Positions 38,901-50,268 are shown, counted from the first letter of the stretch. The stretch: 64,000 nucleotides of DNA from Epithemia pelagica (GCA_946965045.2 OX337235.1:124001-188000), one strand, 5' to 3'. The notes: generated by a model not told the origin, from the sequence alone. Numbers and translations are program-made.

Positions 38901-39525
38901 CTGTACCAGTAGTGCCGATGGGACGACTGCCGATGACGAAGTGCCCAGTGTCATTAACGAAACCAGTGATTACTTTACCGAGGTACTCATGAAAGTTTGT
39001 CAAGAACGTGACTTGCCCTTGGCCCTCAAGATTGGAGCCCATCGCGCCGTGAACCCGGACCTACAACAGGCGGGCGATGGAGTCGTGGCCTTTTGTGATA
39101 CGGCCGTCTTGCGTCGATTGTGCACCAAATTTCCCAAGGTACGCTTTTTGGCCACCTTCTTGTCCCGCAACAATCAACACGAAGCCTGTGTCCTGGCGAC
39201 CAAGTTTCGTAATTTGCATTTGTATGGGTGCTGGTGGTTCTGTAACAATCCCAGTATCGTTCGGGAAATAACGCAAATGCGCGTGGAACTTTTGGGAACT
39301 GCCTTTACCAGTCAACACTCGGATGCACGGGTATTGGATCAATTGGTGTACAAGTGGGCGCATTCCCGTGCCGTGATTGCCCAGGTCCTCGTGACGGAAT
39401 ACCAAAAGTTGCTCGGTGGTGACGATGGAATTGGTTGGAGGCCCACACGACGAGAAATTCGTCGTGATGTACAGCGCTTGTTTGGTGGCAGCTACCAAGA
39501 ATTCATGGCCAAATCGTTCTTGTAA
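35965..39525 (+). CDS. Fusion of a mannitol-dehydrogenase-family (UxaB/UxuB-like) oxidoreductase and uronate isomerase (UxaC-like)
   Basis: N-half: LGTGRFLRS, GVTEAG, NSMVDRIV, KLRIANGTH. C-half: IDLHTHL, ELLTYHYLVAE, LYGCWWFCNNPS, QHSDARVLDQLVYKW. Single intronless ORF; first plausible ATG at 35965. Confidence 0.88.
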   Translation: MPTDKSNNKDNPQESLQEDKDESSYWQASSVSSWKHVTCVCLGTGRFLRSVLVPIVMKAAQLEQQHDNDNDSDKSPGSVVLIQPRGRSFVDFMKQQHSQSQQSQQSPEHADCYPVETVLSPTADSSSQPAVHTDWVPLAGVFPCSSQFFQTCLVECWQSLQIIGVGVTEAGLASPQTAAMQFLFQLLYHLYQWDTTTPQQTATKPKKWMVINTDNVPHNGTVLQGHMMELARQYQLKQQQPEQESSEQSLLDFVQHRIVFLNSMVDRIVSAHPDHPHVPRAEPIPAKALVVLDPQNDLPPSWPTLAALANHLGLVIRHDPRQLQADVALKLRIANGTHTAVAYALALSGITNTTALSSSAMADCMTYLDALVHHQIVPAILADPSLSSVVTRDSAVAVWEDWRRRLCHASFGISTLFITQNGPTKGGLRFGPTLEQLVQRSSLHPKQEESPTLQVSLAFAVAVLLHWLTPDVSSLSSTEQEDVPEQAVYRGKLVPFQENDNNQDDNNQDNDENNEDTTVTYADGLRYNLRQGWYEYKCQGCTITLKGDDSRALIQVLLDVARHEQQQRTRRQASAYTDLVKAYVTSHVFPSSLQSRNRNAWQQRALDDFCQAVATLYARFRAGDQPLHVLHEMVHPPTPNTTTSVFGSLQCQTPCHALVDDPTHGKALSSLSIRPLYYRPTAIPNDSALMHSPIVTAEELAHVVVAEVASVQVIDLHTHLLPPEHGPLCLWGIDELLTYHYLVAEYFMTAPPSVTPDTFFNTWTKMQQADCIWQALFVDRLPLSEACRGVLTTLLGLGLQQAVHDRDLSAIRAFYQTFRRDGVEGAQRFSNLIFDTAGVQYNVMTNIPFEAKEAQYWHNKTVHDTQHYKSAVRVDPLLQGDATLVQAALSAAGYPTTLEGARQYLRDWCDVMKPDYVIASTPHDFVLPDADQDPATARNSGTSSTTTVKRTKASINPSALQEPGAFARAILETTTAVSACTSSADGTTADDEVPSVINETSDYFTEVLMKVCQERDLPLALKIGAHRAVNPDLQQAGDGVVAFCDTAVLRRLCTKFPKVRFLATFLSRNNQHEACVLATKFRNLHLYGCWWFCNNPSIVREITQMRVELLGTAFTSQHSDARVLDQLVYKWAHSRAVIAQVLVTEYQKLLGGDDGIGWRPTRREIRRDVQRLFGGSYQEFMAKSFL

Positions 39526-40826
39526 TACAATACTAGGGGACCCGAAACCGGCTGACGAGAAGTGGCAATCAGTACTTTTCTATTAGTTTCAAACCGAACG
39601 ACAAATTTGGTCCTCCTTTCATCAAGCATGATGCGTTCGTCTGATTGATACAAATGTCTTCCGATATACTTCCTAGGTAGCTTGCATCTGTGTGCGTATA
39701 CCTGAGGTTGTCGCTCGTTTTATGCAAATCCAGACTGATGTTGAGACCTAGTAGAGGTAGTTTTGCGTCCATCCATCTAATAATTACTTGCCATGAATAG
39801 CACATCAAGACTGGATGGATCATTATGCGAATGCTGTTTTCTCACATCCATTCATTTGGGCCTTCTCGTTTTGCTAGCCTTGTAGATGCGGATCAGGGAA
39901 ACGACGCACTTTGTACTCGTAGTCTTCGTGTTGGTGATGGGTGAGGCTAGGACAGCCATTCATTTTCGTAAAAACACTGGCTGGACGAGAGTGGCAACAA
40001 CCACAACAAGTTCGGAAAAGAGAATGGGAATGGGCTCCAACCCGAACGACAACAGCTGGTAGTGTTCGCAAGTTACGGATATGGAAGAGAGCGGAGATTG
40101 AGTTCCGAGAAATTCGCTTTTACGATCCCAATCTTTCATCAGCTATTGTATTAGGATGAAGAGAAGAGTATCGTTCCGCACATCTAAATCCGGAAAGATC
40201 GCGGGACAACAAGAAGTAAAAACATAAAGCCGATGGTTGTGCCACGGAAAGTTCTGTCAGGCAATAGTTCATACGTTCCGAAACATGGCAACTCGAAGGG
40301 ACCCTAGCTCGTGTTCCGATGTGTAGAGTGGCTCAAGGAATATAGCGTCTAGTTTCATCCTGCATGTTGTCCCGACTTATATTCGTGGAAAGCCGCTCTC
40401 TTCTTGTCTAGCAATGTCCCGATCGTGGGTTGGGATGACAGGTAACGGTTGGACAACGTGCAAGAGAAAAGGATCTCCTACGATCTCCCAATCGTCCAAC
40501 TTCCTGAAGCTACTCTCGTGTGTTCGGATTGAATCCCATAGAGGTTTGAATGGTGGACATTGGCTTCTGCTCATGGTAGGGTCCGTAGTCCGTACCCCGG
40601 CCATAATGCGAACCAGTGGCCGATTCGGTTGACAACCCATGACACCCGCCTTGGATATCGGATGTAAGTTAGACTTCCCGATAGTTCTACTCTACCACAA
40701 GGAGTACAAACAACTCTGTGAGACTGTTCTATTCCTCCAAACGAGTTTTCCCTGGAACAAGATCCAACATACAACGAATCTTGGCCGGTTCCTATGCCTG
40801 CAATGTGAAACATGCTCTAATGCGAG

Positions 40827-40900
40827 ACGTGCGCAAACCTGCGCCTCAGACATGCGCAGACCTGCACCTCGAACATGCGCAGACCTGCACTTCAGACATG
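40827..40900 (+). repeat. 23-bp tandem repeat x3
   Basis: acgtgcgcaaacctgcgcctcag / acatgcgcagacctgcacctcga / acatgcgcagacctgcacttcag / acatg. Confidence 0.9.
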
Positions 40901-41741
40901 ACCTTCATCAGATTCTGTGCTCTTCACAATAACACGAAACACCAATATACATCACACATCACACACACAGACCATTCATTCTTGATTCTTGCATGCCGAT
41001 TGCCGATAGACTATCATCGATTATGGAAAAAGGAAAACTCCAAGTAGCAAGACCCAAGCCTCCGTGCTTCATGCGTTCGGAATCCATCCGAAGAGAATGA
41101 CCCACGTGGATCAACTTCTCTGCAGTTCGAACACTGACGTTTTGACATTCTCTCCTGCGTCAGGACAATTCGACCAATCGGGCTTTCCATCGAGCACATG
41201 CCATCGCAATCAAGAGTCACGTTCTGTCGTAGAGCCTGTTCGGAACGGAAGGCCATTCAAAGGGCTGAGAAACACTCTATGAGATTCCTCCACGGAACAC
41301 TCCGATTGGCTCCCAGAGGAAGACTCGGCCTGTTCCCCCATTAAGTAAGAAAAAGCCTAATGTGAAGGAGCCTCTTCCACACGACGGCACGGTTGTCAGA
41401 AAAGGCTTCAGAAGCGGCTGAATATCTTCTCCAATGAGGAATAGTCCTGAATGTATTCTTGACACTGGAATTCATAGGATTCGTTAACTGTGACACTCAT
41501 TGATATAAATCTGACTCAGTTCTGTTAATTGGTGATGACACGGAGACAGAAAGAGGGTAATTGACTTCATATCTGCAAAAACACTTGATTAAATCAGATG
41601 TCATACCGATGATTACAATTGTAGGTCCACCTTCCCTCGTGGCCCGCGTGTCCGGCCCGCAGACGGCGAGGGGCGAAGTGTCTTTTGCATCTTCTCGCCT
41701 ACTTTTGATTTTGTGAGGTCGCAAAGCGACCTCCTGCTGGA

Positions 41742-44030
41742 AAACGAACAGGTGTTCACCATTCATCTCCACACGCAAAGCAATCGCCGCCACACAATCA
41801 ACTTTCCCAAACCGCCCCCATCAACTTTTTCCAACAACACAAGAAGTCATTATCAGAAACCATTGATTACATCTCTGGATTGATTGCAGCTCGCCTTTGC
41901 TATATTCCATCACTTTGTCCATCTTCCTTCTTATTGGTGACCAGGAACAACCGTTTCTATTGACATCGTTCTCTCATTTCCACATACATCGAATCAGCAT
42001 CTTCCGATTTTGATTCCTCGAGCACATCAAGTCTTGCAATAGTCTTTGAGCCTTCTCATCCAAACACTCCTCACCATCTCATAACACTCATTTATCCACA
42101 ATGCATCCCGTTGTTTCCTCTCTTACCAATGCCATGCCATCGGCTTCTACCACTCCCACTCGAAGCATTCCGATTCGAACTGCGGCCACCACAACCAATC
42201 ACGCGGTCAGCGAGAGTATTGCACTCAAACGGACCTCTTCGGAACTGAGATTGTTGGAAGAAGAACAACAAGCTGATCTTCGCGATTACATTTTCTTTAC
42301 ACGGCTCGTTCAAGGCATTGCCAATCGCGAATCACCCGTCCAAGAGGAACCTCAAGATTCACCACTGGAGCCATCACAAGCTCAAGATCGTTCAAGACTA
42401 ACGCCTTCGTTGGGACCCTTTTCTCATGATAGGGATGATGAAAGTCTGCAAGAACGACGCAGAAGGCGTTGTAGTCCATGGCTGCAACGACAGAATGAAA
42501 TGTGTCTGGCACACATTATTCGAACACGTAACGGCTATCAGGATGGAGACCATCGCTCTTCCATGATCAACAATGGGCCTCCGTCAACGCCCATGACTCC
42601 CATGTACCCCGCTTCTCGGACCAATGGCAGTGTCGGATATCACAACCTGGTTCAGTATAACTACCAGGACCACTTTGCACCACAACAACCCTTCTACTCC
42701 GCTGAGCCAACAACGGCTTCTTCTTCTTCCACGTATGCTCCACAAGAAGACATTTTCGACATGGATTGGTAAAGAACACCCTTTCACCTTGATTTGCTGG
42801 ACTTTCACCTATCTACTACTACTACTGCTGGGAGAGAACTCGCGCTATTACTACTATACTTATCATTATGATTATTATTAGATAGATCAGATTTTGATGC
42901 GCTACAACTTGCGACGATCCTTAGAAATGTACTGATTCTATCTCCTAATCCATTTCAAAGCGCTTGAGCAAGATGGAGGTGACAGAAAAACTTGTAGACG
43001 CTGACTGACTGTTTTTCCCCGACTATCTACGATAGACATCATATTTAGCCTTTTCAACCTTGAGAGCTCTAATGTTACATGCTTCAGTGATTGTCCTGGT
43101 GCGGAGGACCAAAGGGCCGACCGTGCTTCCCACTCTGTCCATTCTAATGGATACCATGTGCCAATCAACCTGTTTGTTGATGGGCCAAGCATCAAACACC
43201 CACCAATGAGAAGATTCGGTTTTGGGTGGGACCATCCGAATCCCGACTGCTTTGAAGCGAATCTCTCGAAGGATGTCAAACGTCAACAACGACTCGGCTA
43301 CCCCTGTCGAAGAGAGATGCTCGGGTAGCTAGATCATGACTGAGTAGTCGGCAGTCCTGCCTTGTCTGTCGATAATAGTCTTGAACTTTGGTCGCATTCC
43401 AGTCCATCATCTCAACTTTTTTTGGACCGACAGAGCAAGCGGAACGATCCAAACCATGGCGAACAAGGAGCCTTGCCTTTCCTACACTCCTGCCAAAATT
43501 TAGAGCGCACTGCCGCTCTACTACTCCTACAAAAGAAACGACACAGGGACCGACTAATTTTGGGTGGTGCCTGACAACACTTCCATACCGGCTCACGCAC
43601 CCCACCAAGCGGTATCTTTTTGCCCCACCGACTCAAATCTTTTGTCTCGATTTCGCACATTGCCACCGATATCTTGGGCGATAACCTAAATTCCGGGCGA
43701 ATGTTGACATTGATACATCGCTCCGTCAGGCTCACAAAAAGGAAGTCCTGGTACCCTATCTCAACTATGAATCATGTGTCTGTTCGTGCCACTGGGCAGC
43801 TACCCTCCCTGCGTGTAAATTCTTGTCAAATGTCGACAATGATGCATCGCTCCGTGAGTCTAACCAAAAGTAAATCCTGGTACCCTCTCAACGCCTAAGC
43901 TGCATGTGTCAACCATGAACCATCGCTCTGTTCAAGCCTCTGAGCAGCTATCCACGATGCAATGAGAGAATTACCCCGAGGAGCGAGCATTTCTCTTTTT
44001 GCCCTCTGCAAAAGGCTCATAAATTTGCCT
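41742..44030 (+). repeat. Segmental duplication, copy 1 (~2.3 kb)
   Basis: Colinear and highly similar to 61630-63998 from aaacgaacaggtgttcacc to ggctcataaatttgcct. Confidence 0.95.
42101..42772 (+). CDS. Hypothetical protein, 223 aa (copy 1)
   Basis: Intact ORF in both duplicate copies with frame-preserving indels; motifs DLRDYIFFTRLVQGI, CLAHIIRTR, EDIFDMDW. Confidence 0.75.
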   Translation: MHPVVSSLTNAMPSASTTPTRSIPIRTAATTTNHAVSESIALKRTSSELRLLEEEQQADLRDYIFFTRLVQGIANRESPVQEEPQDSPLEPSQAQDRSRLTPSLGPFSHDRDDESLQERRRRRCSPWLQRQNEMCLAHIIRTRNGYQDGDHRSSMINNGPPSTPMTPMYPASRTNGSVGYHNLVQYNYQDHFAPQQPFYSAEPTTASSSSTYAPQEDIFDMDW

Positions 44031-44094
44031 GGACAAGTTCTGGAAACCTCTATCAGAAATCCCAAAGTTCGTTATCACCATTTCCTTTATCAAC

Positions 44095-44679
44095 ATGTTG
44101 AGCAAATTCGCAATCGCCTTGTCCGTGATTCTGTCTCTCACCATGGTCTGGATGCCTACGGCAGCTGCTCAGCGTGGATACCATGGCACCGTCAACAAGA
44201 ATCTGTCACCTGTTGACCACGCCAAGCCTCGTCGTGTCAAGAAGAACGACGACGAAGAGGAATCGTTTGATGTCGTCCTTAATGTTACAGTTGCGAGTGG
44301 TGTACCAGACGCTCAGACCAACGCGGGCAGTCTTGGAGTGGTGTTGCGCAGTGGAAACCAAGAATACTACGGCGGAATTGATGGTTCTTTTGCGCAGGGC
44401 GCTACTGTCTCGGTTACCCTGAGTGATGTTCCGTTTTCGGCCATTGACTCTCTTCGACTCTATACCCTTGCTAGCAATGGAGTCAATCTTGTGGGTGGCA
44501 CCCTTGAAGTCGTCGGGGTCTTGGACGCTGTCTTACTCAAGTTCTCTGCTTGGGGCTTCGATGGAGTCGGTATTTGGCTCGACAATCCTGTCCAAGAGAT
44601 TGCCACTGATGCTGGTCGCGTCTCCACTTGTTGGGAGGTCTGTGTCGACGAACCTGCAAAGTTTTGCAATCTCCCGTAG
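44095..44679 (+). CDS. Secreted hypothetical protein (possible PLAT/LH2-like beta domain)
   Basis: Signal peptide MLSKFAIALSVILSLTMVWMPTAAA. Beta-rich body (GSFAQGATVSVTLSDV..IDSLRL) only loosely PLAT-like. Confidence 0.65.
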   Translation: MLSKFAIALSVILSLTMVWMPTAAAQRGYHGTVNKNLSPVDHAKPRRVKKNDDEEESFDVVLNVTVASGVPDAQTNAGSLGVVLRSGNQEYYGGIDGSFAQGATVSVTLSDVPFSAIDSLRLYTLASNGVNLVGGTLEVVGVLDAVLLKFSAWGFDGVGIWLDNPVQEIATDAGRVSTCWEVCVDEPAKFCNLP

Positions 44680-45649
44680 TTTTTCGTATCATTCCAGCGA
44701 CAAACCAGTTTCATGTTTCACTCACAATACAAACGACGAAAAGTTCCATAATACACAAATAGTGATGTCTCGGTGACTATAACTACTGCTCCTAGCTTAT
44801 CGTAGTCGTCAAGGTTATTCAATCTCTCGCTAGATGCCATACGTGAACAACGACTCGGCTGCCCTTATCATTGAATGATGCACCAGGTAGCTCATGGCTG
44901 TGATGTCGGTAAACATGTCCTTGCCGTCGGTAATAATCTAAAAAGACATAGTATTATCCTGCCATGTCCGCAGAATGTTATTTGATCGCTTTCCAGTCTT
45001 ACGTTTAAGGCCCTGCGTCCAGGGAATGTGTTTTCGAGGTCTGAAATCGAGTTTCGAGTTTTGAGGTGGGGCCCTGTCCCTTCCTTGAAACAACGATCTG
45101 GATGTACGTGTCCAGGTAAAAACTGTATTTTCGAGTTTCGAGGTTCGAGTTTTATTTTTCAATACTCGTGCACTCCCATACTTCCCCCCCTACCGGCGCA
45201 TGAACGAGCACAACGGCAATTGACAATGACGACAAACAAATGTCGCTTGAGTACTCCTAATTCCTAATATCACATTGCATAACGGGAGAAGGTAGAATAT
45301 TTGTAGAGCCCGTCCATGGAGCAGGATGCGGGCTTTGTTCCGTAACCATGTCATCTATGGAGAGATGAGAACTATTTGCTTTTGACCATTGACAGTGGTT
45401 GTGACCATTACTTCCATGGCAGCGACAGGTTAATAATACTTGCTTATTTTCTAGAGAAGCTCCTACTTATATCACATCAATCATTGTGCTACTATTGTCT
45501 ATGATGGACAAGAGAGATTGCCTCGTTGTTGTTGTCGGAGAGATGGAAATGAGAGACAGAGAGCCCGGCGGCTGAAAGGTGGGTTTTGTAGGAGCGCGTG
45601 GGGCTCTTTGCAAACCTCGAAACTCGAAACTCGATTTCAGAATCTTGGC

Positions 45650-46410
45650 AAGGTGGGCTCCTTCATGCGGGTGGCGGAGGCGCGGCGAGAATCCCGCAAT
45701 AGGCTTAAGGCGCCCATGGCGCGCAGGGCTCTGTGCTCTTGCTACGCCGCTGTATCGCTGACAGGTAGATATGGCCCGTAGGGACAGTGCGCGTGGCTCT
45801 TCTGGAGCCCGCTGTGTCTTAGTAGGAGCGCTCCGCAGTGGCGCGAGCATGGATGCGCCGCCGCGCGCAGAGGCATTCTCCCCTGCTTTGGTGAGTGCGC
45901 ATGCTGGCTTGTGTAGGTTGCAGCTGCGCTTCTTGCTCTCCTTCTGTTTGGCAGGCGTCTGTCCGGCTGTTTTGGCGACTGCTTTTGGGGATGGATGGCG
46001 TGTCTTGGCCAGGCATTCTAGCGCGCTAGCAGCTTCCCAGGGCGCGCGCCTAGCCTAGCTCGCAGCGCAGAAGCCCTGCGCGCAGCTTGGTACTCAAAAT
46101 TGCTTTAGCATTGGGTATCGCGCACTCTTTCAAGATTTTCAGTCACGAGGATTATTGGGGGGATCGATGCACAGGCAGGTAGCAGCGCAGCGCCCGCCCT
46201 GTGCTAGCGGAGTGCCCGGCCTCCGCGCTGCTGGCGCGCGGCCCTTTATAAATGAAACTTAATCTTCTTCTTCTTTTGGAGCGTGGGCACTCCCATGCCA
46301 AGCCATCCTCCTATGTCATAAAAGTAACGCTGTGTGCTTGGACTAGCACCAAGCGGTCATTGGTGGCCACACGAGCGGCAAAAGGAGCATTGGGGGGGGG
46401 GGGGGGCACT
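45650..46410. other. GpC-rich, ApC/GpT-poor decayed sequence block
   Basis: 46021-46080 has about 16 GC and no AC or GT dinucleotides; origin not identified. Confidence 0.6.
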
Positions 46411-46909
46411 CTGCAGCTAGTAGCTAGCAGGAAAGTACAATCACAGTTGGTAGCGCGCCAAAAAAATTCTCGCGGGTTTCGCTTTGTTTTTTTGGCAATT
46501 TCGCGACCGAATCCGGGTTTGGGCATTTCTGGATCTGTACAGTAAGAAATGATACTGGCGATTTCAATTCATCGGAGGAAGATAAATGATTTTCTCGGGC
46601 AGAAACGGTATTGAATCCATCCTGATATGCCGTTGTTGAGAAAGATCGCGAAAACCGTTGTGAGGTAGCGTTAAGTGTGTCTGAAGTGTGTCTGAGGCTG
46701 GAGGCGGGATCGCACAAGAAGTTCCTACTAGAGAAATGCCATTTTCGCTGTTCGCGATTGATACCGCCCGAATCATCTTCGATCATACTGTAAAACAGCT
46801 GCTCGTTCTCACTCACTTTTTCCCCCGTAGCCATTATTCCAAAAAACGGAACGGTACTGATTGGCAGAGAGCGAGCTTGTGCCGCTACCAGTTGTATCCA
46901 CGCGAGATT

Positions 46910-46994
46910 GATTCGATTCTTCGAAGCAGATGTTCCGCCTGCTGCAACGCGGGAGATTCGATTCTTCGAAGCAGATGGCCTGACAGCTGCAACG
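46910..46994 (+). repeat. 45-bp tandem duplication
   Basis: gattcgattcttcgaagcagatg...gctgcaacg occurs twice. Confidence 0.85.
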
Positions 46995-47072
46995 AACAAA
47001 GATTCGTTGTCGCTACTACGTCGCATCAACCGTTGGATGTTAATAATTAAGGTCCTTGATACCGCATACGGC

Positions 47073-50000
47073 TATAGCTATCAAACTTAGGTACTCAGAT
47101 TTTTAGTGTAGTTTCTAAAGAAGTTTAGGTGAAACTTAGGTTTTGAAGTTTAGGTAGTTTAGGTAGCTATGAAATACGGCTCCTTCCCTCATTTTTTCGT
47201 AAGACGTAATAAAGACCAACAACACAACAGGTCCTCGTCTATATCAAAGGTAAACCATTGATTGACTTACACAGATCCAAAGAGATCACAATCAAGGTAT
47301 TGCTCATGGGTTGCTTGGCGGATAGTTGACCGCACGTTCAGCAGATACCGTAGGTTGAGCCCAACCCTGAGGCAAACCTCAGCCTTGTCCTGGCCAAGCG
47401 ATGCACGAAGTTTATTCCAAATATTATTTTTCAGAGGTTTAGCAACTCTCTCGACACAAATTGACCCTGTTGCCCTGACAGATAGGAGTGGTTCAATCAG
47501 CAATGGAAACACCTTTGTGGACGGTGCTATGCTGAAGAACTCCATCCGTCCTTGATACCATCCCGTGTCTTCGAGCCATTTGGCAACCATTTCAATGGTC
47601 AGCTGACACTCTTCTGCATTCTTGTCCATAGATGGCCGTGCCTTTTCTTTGTGGAACAGGTCAATCCAGTCTCCAGAACGACCTAGGTACGACCGAAGCT
47701 CCCTGTCGACAACAGTCTTGTTGCTCTGTGATGGTTCCAATTCTCGCTCAATTTCACGGATTGCTTGTTGGACCTCAGCAATATCTTCATCCCCATAGTC
47801 ATAGTTTGGGTTGTATTGAGGTGGACCTGGAGCTGGAGGAGGAGTTGCTGAGTTTGTTGGAGTTGCTGAGCCATCCTCGTGGACAAAGAAGTCGATTGCT
47901 TCTCGGACAGAACGAGCAAGGGAGGGAAGCAACGGACGGAATGGGATCATTGGGCGGAATGGGTCAACAATATACGCCCACACATGGTACTTGTCAAGTA
48001 GCCCAACTTTCCTTCCATTGGGTTGGACACCAGCGAAGTTGAAGCGGACATCAATACTGTCGAAAATTGATTCTTTTGCCCCAGGCACTGCAAACAGAGA
48101 ATCAAAAGATCGTGTTCCACTACTGTTCTTCATGACTTGGTGAATCTCGTTCCTCATTGCCACAACCAGTGGGTAGTATGCTGACAGTGGGAATTTCTCA
48201 CTTGATACCAGCTTCGTTCCATGTTCAATGACTTGGAATAGTTGAGTTAGGACATGAAGCTTCGCCCAGAAATCGCGATTGACCAATCGGAGAGCAGCAT
48301 CAAGCTTCTCCTGACGCTTCTTGTTCCTCGTATTGTAGTACTGCATGAACATAGGTGGATTGTTACAGCACCACTCGTAGAACTGCCTCTGTTTGGTTAT
48401 AGACATGAGTGTCATGCCGACTTTGTTGAATCTGGTGTCGGAGTAATTGGTCACATGACCACAAGACCGAGGGAGCTCTCCAGTTTGCACAAGCTCGTGC
48501 CGGATGCCATCGATGTTGTCTGTTGTGGAAAACTCCATGAGTAACTGAGCATCGGTCAGGACTGACTCAATGCATGGAACCTTTGCCAGATCTTTGGCCA
48601 CCAGGTCAATGCAGTGTGCACAGTCTCGGTTATGGAGAATACTAGGTTCTGATTTGTTGCGTTCTCTGTACTTCTCACATGCTCCTTTAACAATATTGTT
48701 GGCTGCGTTGTCACAAGCAACACAAACCACTGATGTATCAAAGTCGCGACGTGCTGTCTCCATAAAATCCACCATGTCCTCCACCTCTGCATCAGCCACA
48801 TGTGCTTCGTTTCGAAGTCTCGTGGCTCTACAAAACATAGTGACTGGACCCTTGGAGACTGTGTACAGAATGGTACTCGTACCATTTGCTGTCACACCGT
48901 CAGCAGCAATGGTAAGTCCACCCTGAATCTTGTGCAACATTTGCTTCAGCTCCTCACGACAGTTTCTATCAATGGGGAGAACAAATCGCTTGTATACAGT
49001 ATCGTGATGGTTGGGAAGGTGTCGAAGAATAGCCTTTCCCCAACGTGACACCATCTCGTCCTGGAAGAATGGGTCACTAACCCTGTTGAGTGGTTCGAAA
49101 CGTGCCAGCATCGTTTCGACGGACTTTGTGATTGCCTTGTTTGCAGTCACTTCGTTGACAATGTGGCCAAACTGCAGCATGGATGATTGCTGTGACGAAG
49201 ACTGTTTCTTGGTGGTGGTGATGGTGGATGGAGCCTTACGGGAACTACTACCATTGCTGACAACATTCTCACCACTGCCACTGCTGTTGCTGACAGAAGC
49301 CGACGACTCTTGACTCAATGGACCACCAACAATCAACCCGAGTTGCTTCTTGGCCCGCTTTGAAGCTTGTGTCGCGTCTTCACAACTGTCTTTGATGGTT
49401 GCAGGAACTTTACGACACTTGTGGATAATGTGGTTGGAGGCAACACTCGCGTTGAATGTTTTCCAGGATCGGAACTCTTTACAATGCACGCATACAACGG
49501 CCAGATACCCCTGTCGGTTGGGGTCTGGCCCGATCTTGAATTGATCTCGGACAAGTTGATTGGCCTTCTTTTTGGGAGGATTGACCTTTCGCTTTGCTCC
49601 CACCAGCACTTGCACTTCTGCCACTTCTTCGACATCCTCTGCAACCACCTCGTTGACATCGTTTTGGTTCGTCTGCGCCTCCAACATCTGCTGTTGGTCG
49701 TCTGTCAATGGAGATATATTGGCAAATGACGGGGAGGTACCAACGTCCTGCTCAACCTCCGTAAGGTTGTCCATGATGGTTATCAATGCTCGTCAGTGAT
49801 CACCACAGCAGCAATCACGACTTTTGTTTGGTTGTTGGATGAAGATGGAGGCGGGTACATGGTACATGGTTCCTGTCGATTCGAGACGGCAGATCATGTT
49901 TGGTTGGCAGAATGGACATCCACACGAAAGACCACTCGGAAGATATGGACGTTGACACCAACGTTCACAGACAGGATTCAATACATAGGCTAAATATTTA

Positions 50001-50111
50001 AAGGGCCACCCGAAACTTAGGTAAGGCCAAAGCAGCGTCATGAAACTTCGGAGAAACTTAGGTGCCGAAGTTTAGGCGGAGAAACTTCGGCGATGAAACT
50101 TGATACCTATA
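47073..50111 (-). mobile_element. Intact autonomous hAT DNA transposon (3039 bp)
   Basis: Perfect 8-bp TSD CATACGGC (47065-47072, 50112-50119). TIRs TATAG(C/G)TATCAA. Subterminal AACTTAGG/AAGTTTAGG repeats at both ends. Confidence 0.95.
47267..49774 (-). CDS. hAT transposase (BED finger, DUF659-like core, dimerization domain)
   Basis: CVHC...NHIIHKC BED-like finger; IAADG, CDNAAN, DCAHCIDL, TRF and CVERV motifs; uninterrupted ORF. Confidence 0.9.
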   Translation of the reverse strand: MDNLTEVEQDVGTSPSFANISPLTDDQQQMLEAQTNQNDVNEVVAEDVEEVAEVQVLVGAKRKVNPPKKKANQLVRDQFKIGPDPNRQGYLAVVCVHCKEFRSWKTFNASVASNHIIHKCRKVPATIKDSCEDATQASKRAKKQLGLIVGGPLSQESSASVSNSSGSGENVVSNGSSSRKAPSTITTTKKQSSSQQSSMLQFGHIVNEVTANKAITKSVETMLARFEPLNRVSDPFFQDEMVSRWGKAILRHLPNHHDTVYKRFVLPIDRNCREELKQMLHKIQGGLTIAADGVTANGTSTILYTVSKGPVTMFCRATRLRNEAHVADAEVEDMVDFMETARRDFDTSVVCVACDNAANNIVKGACEKYRERNKSEPSILHNRDCAHCIDLVAKDLAKVPCIESVLTDAQLLMEFSTTDNIDGIRHELVQTGELPRSCGHVTNYSDTRFNKVGMTLMSITKQRQFYEWCCNNPPMFMQYYNTRNKKRQEKLDAALRLVNRDFWAKLHVLTQLFQVIEHGTKLVSSEKFPLSAYYPLVVAMRNEIHQVMKNSSGTRSFDSLFAVPGAKESIFDSIDVRFNFAGVQPNGRKVGLLDKYHVWAYIVDPFRPMIPFRPLLPSLARSVREAIDFFVHEDGSATPTNSATPPPAPGPPQYNPNYDYGDEDIAEVQQAIREIERELEPSQSNKTVVDRELRSYLGRSGDWIDLFHKEKARPSMDKNAEECQLTIEMVAKWLEDTGWYQGRMEFFSIAPSTKVFPLLIEPLLSVRATGSICVERVAKPLKNNIWNKLRASLGQDKAEVCLRVGLNLRYLLNVRSTIRQATHEQYLDCDLFGSV

Positions 50112-50268
50112 CATACGGCGGTACCAAAAGTCGCAAACATGAGAAACAGCGACAGAAGTATGATATCATTCTCTCGTCATAAAATTTTGCATTTGTCATA
50201 ATTTTGCACAATCGAATCGATACGCATTCGTAAACTTCTTACAACGTATTCTCCATCAAAAGAAGATA

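Noticed and set aside
39560-41740. Decayed transposon or ORFs
   Set aside because: No TIR, TSD or recognisable protein motif found.
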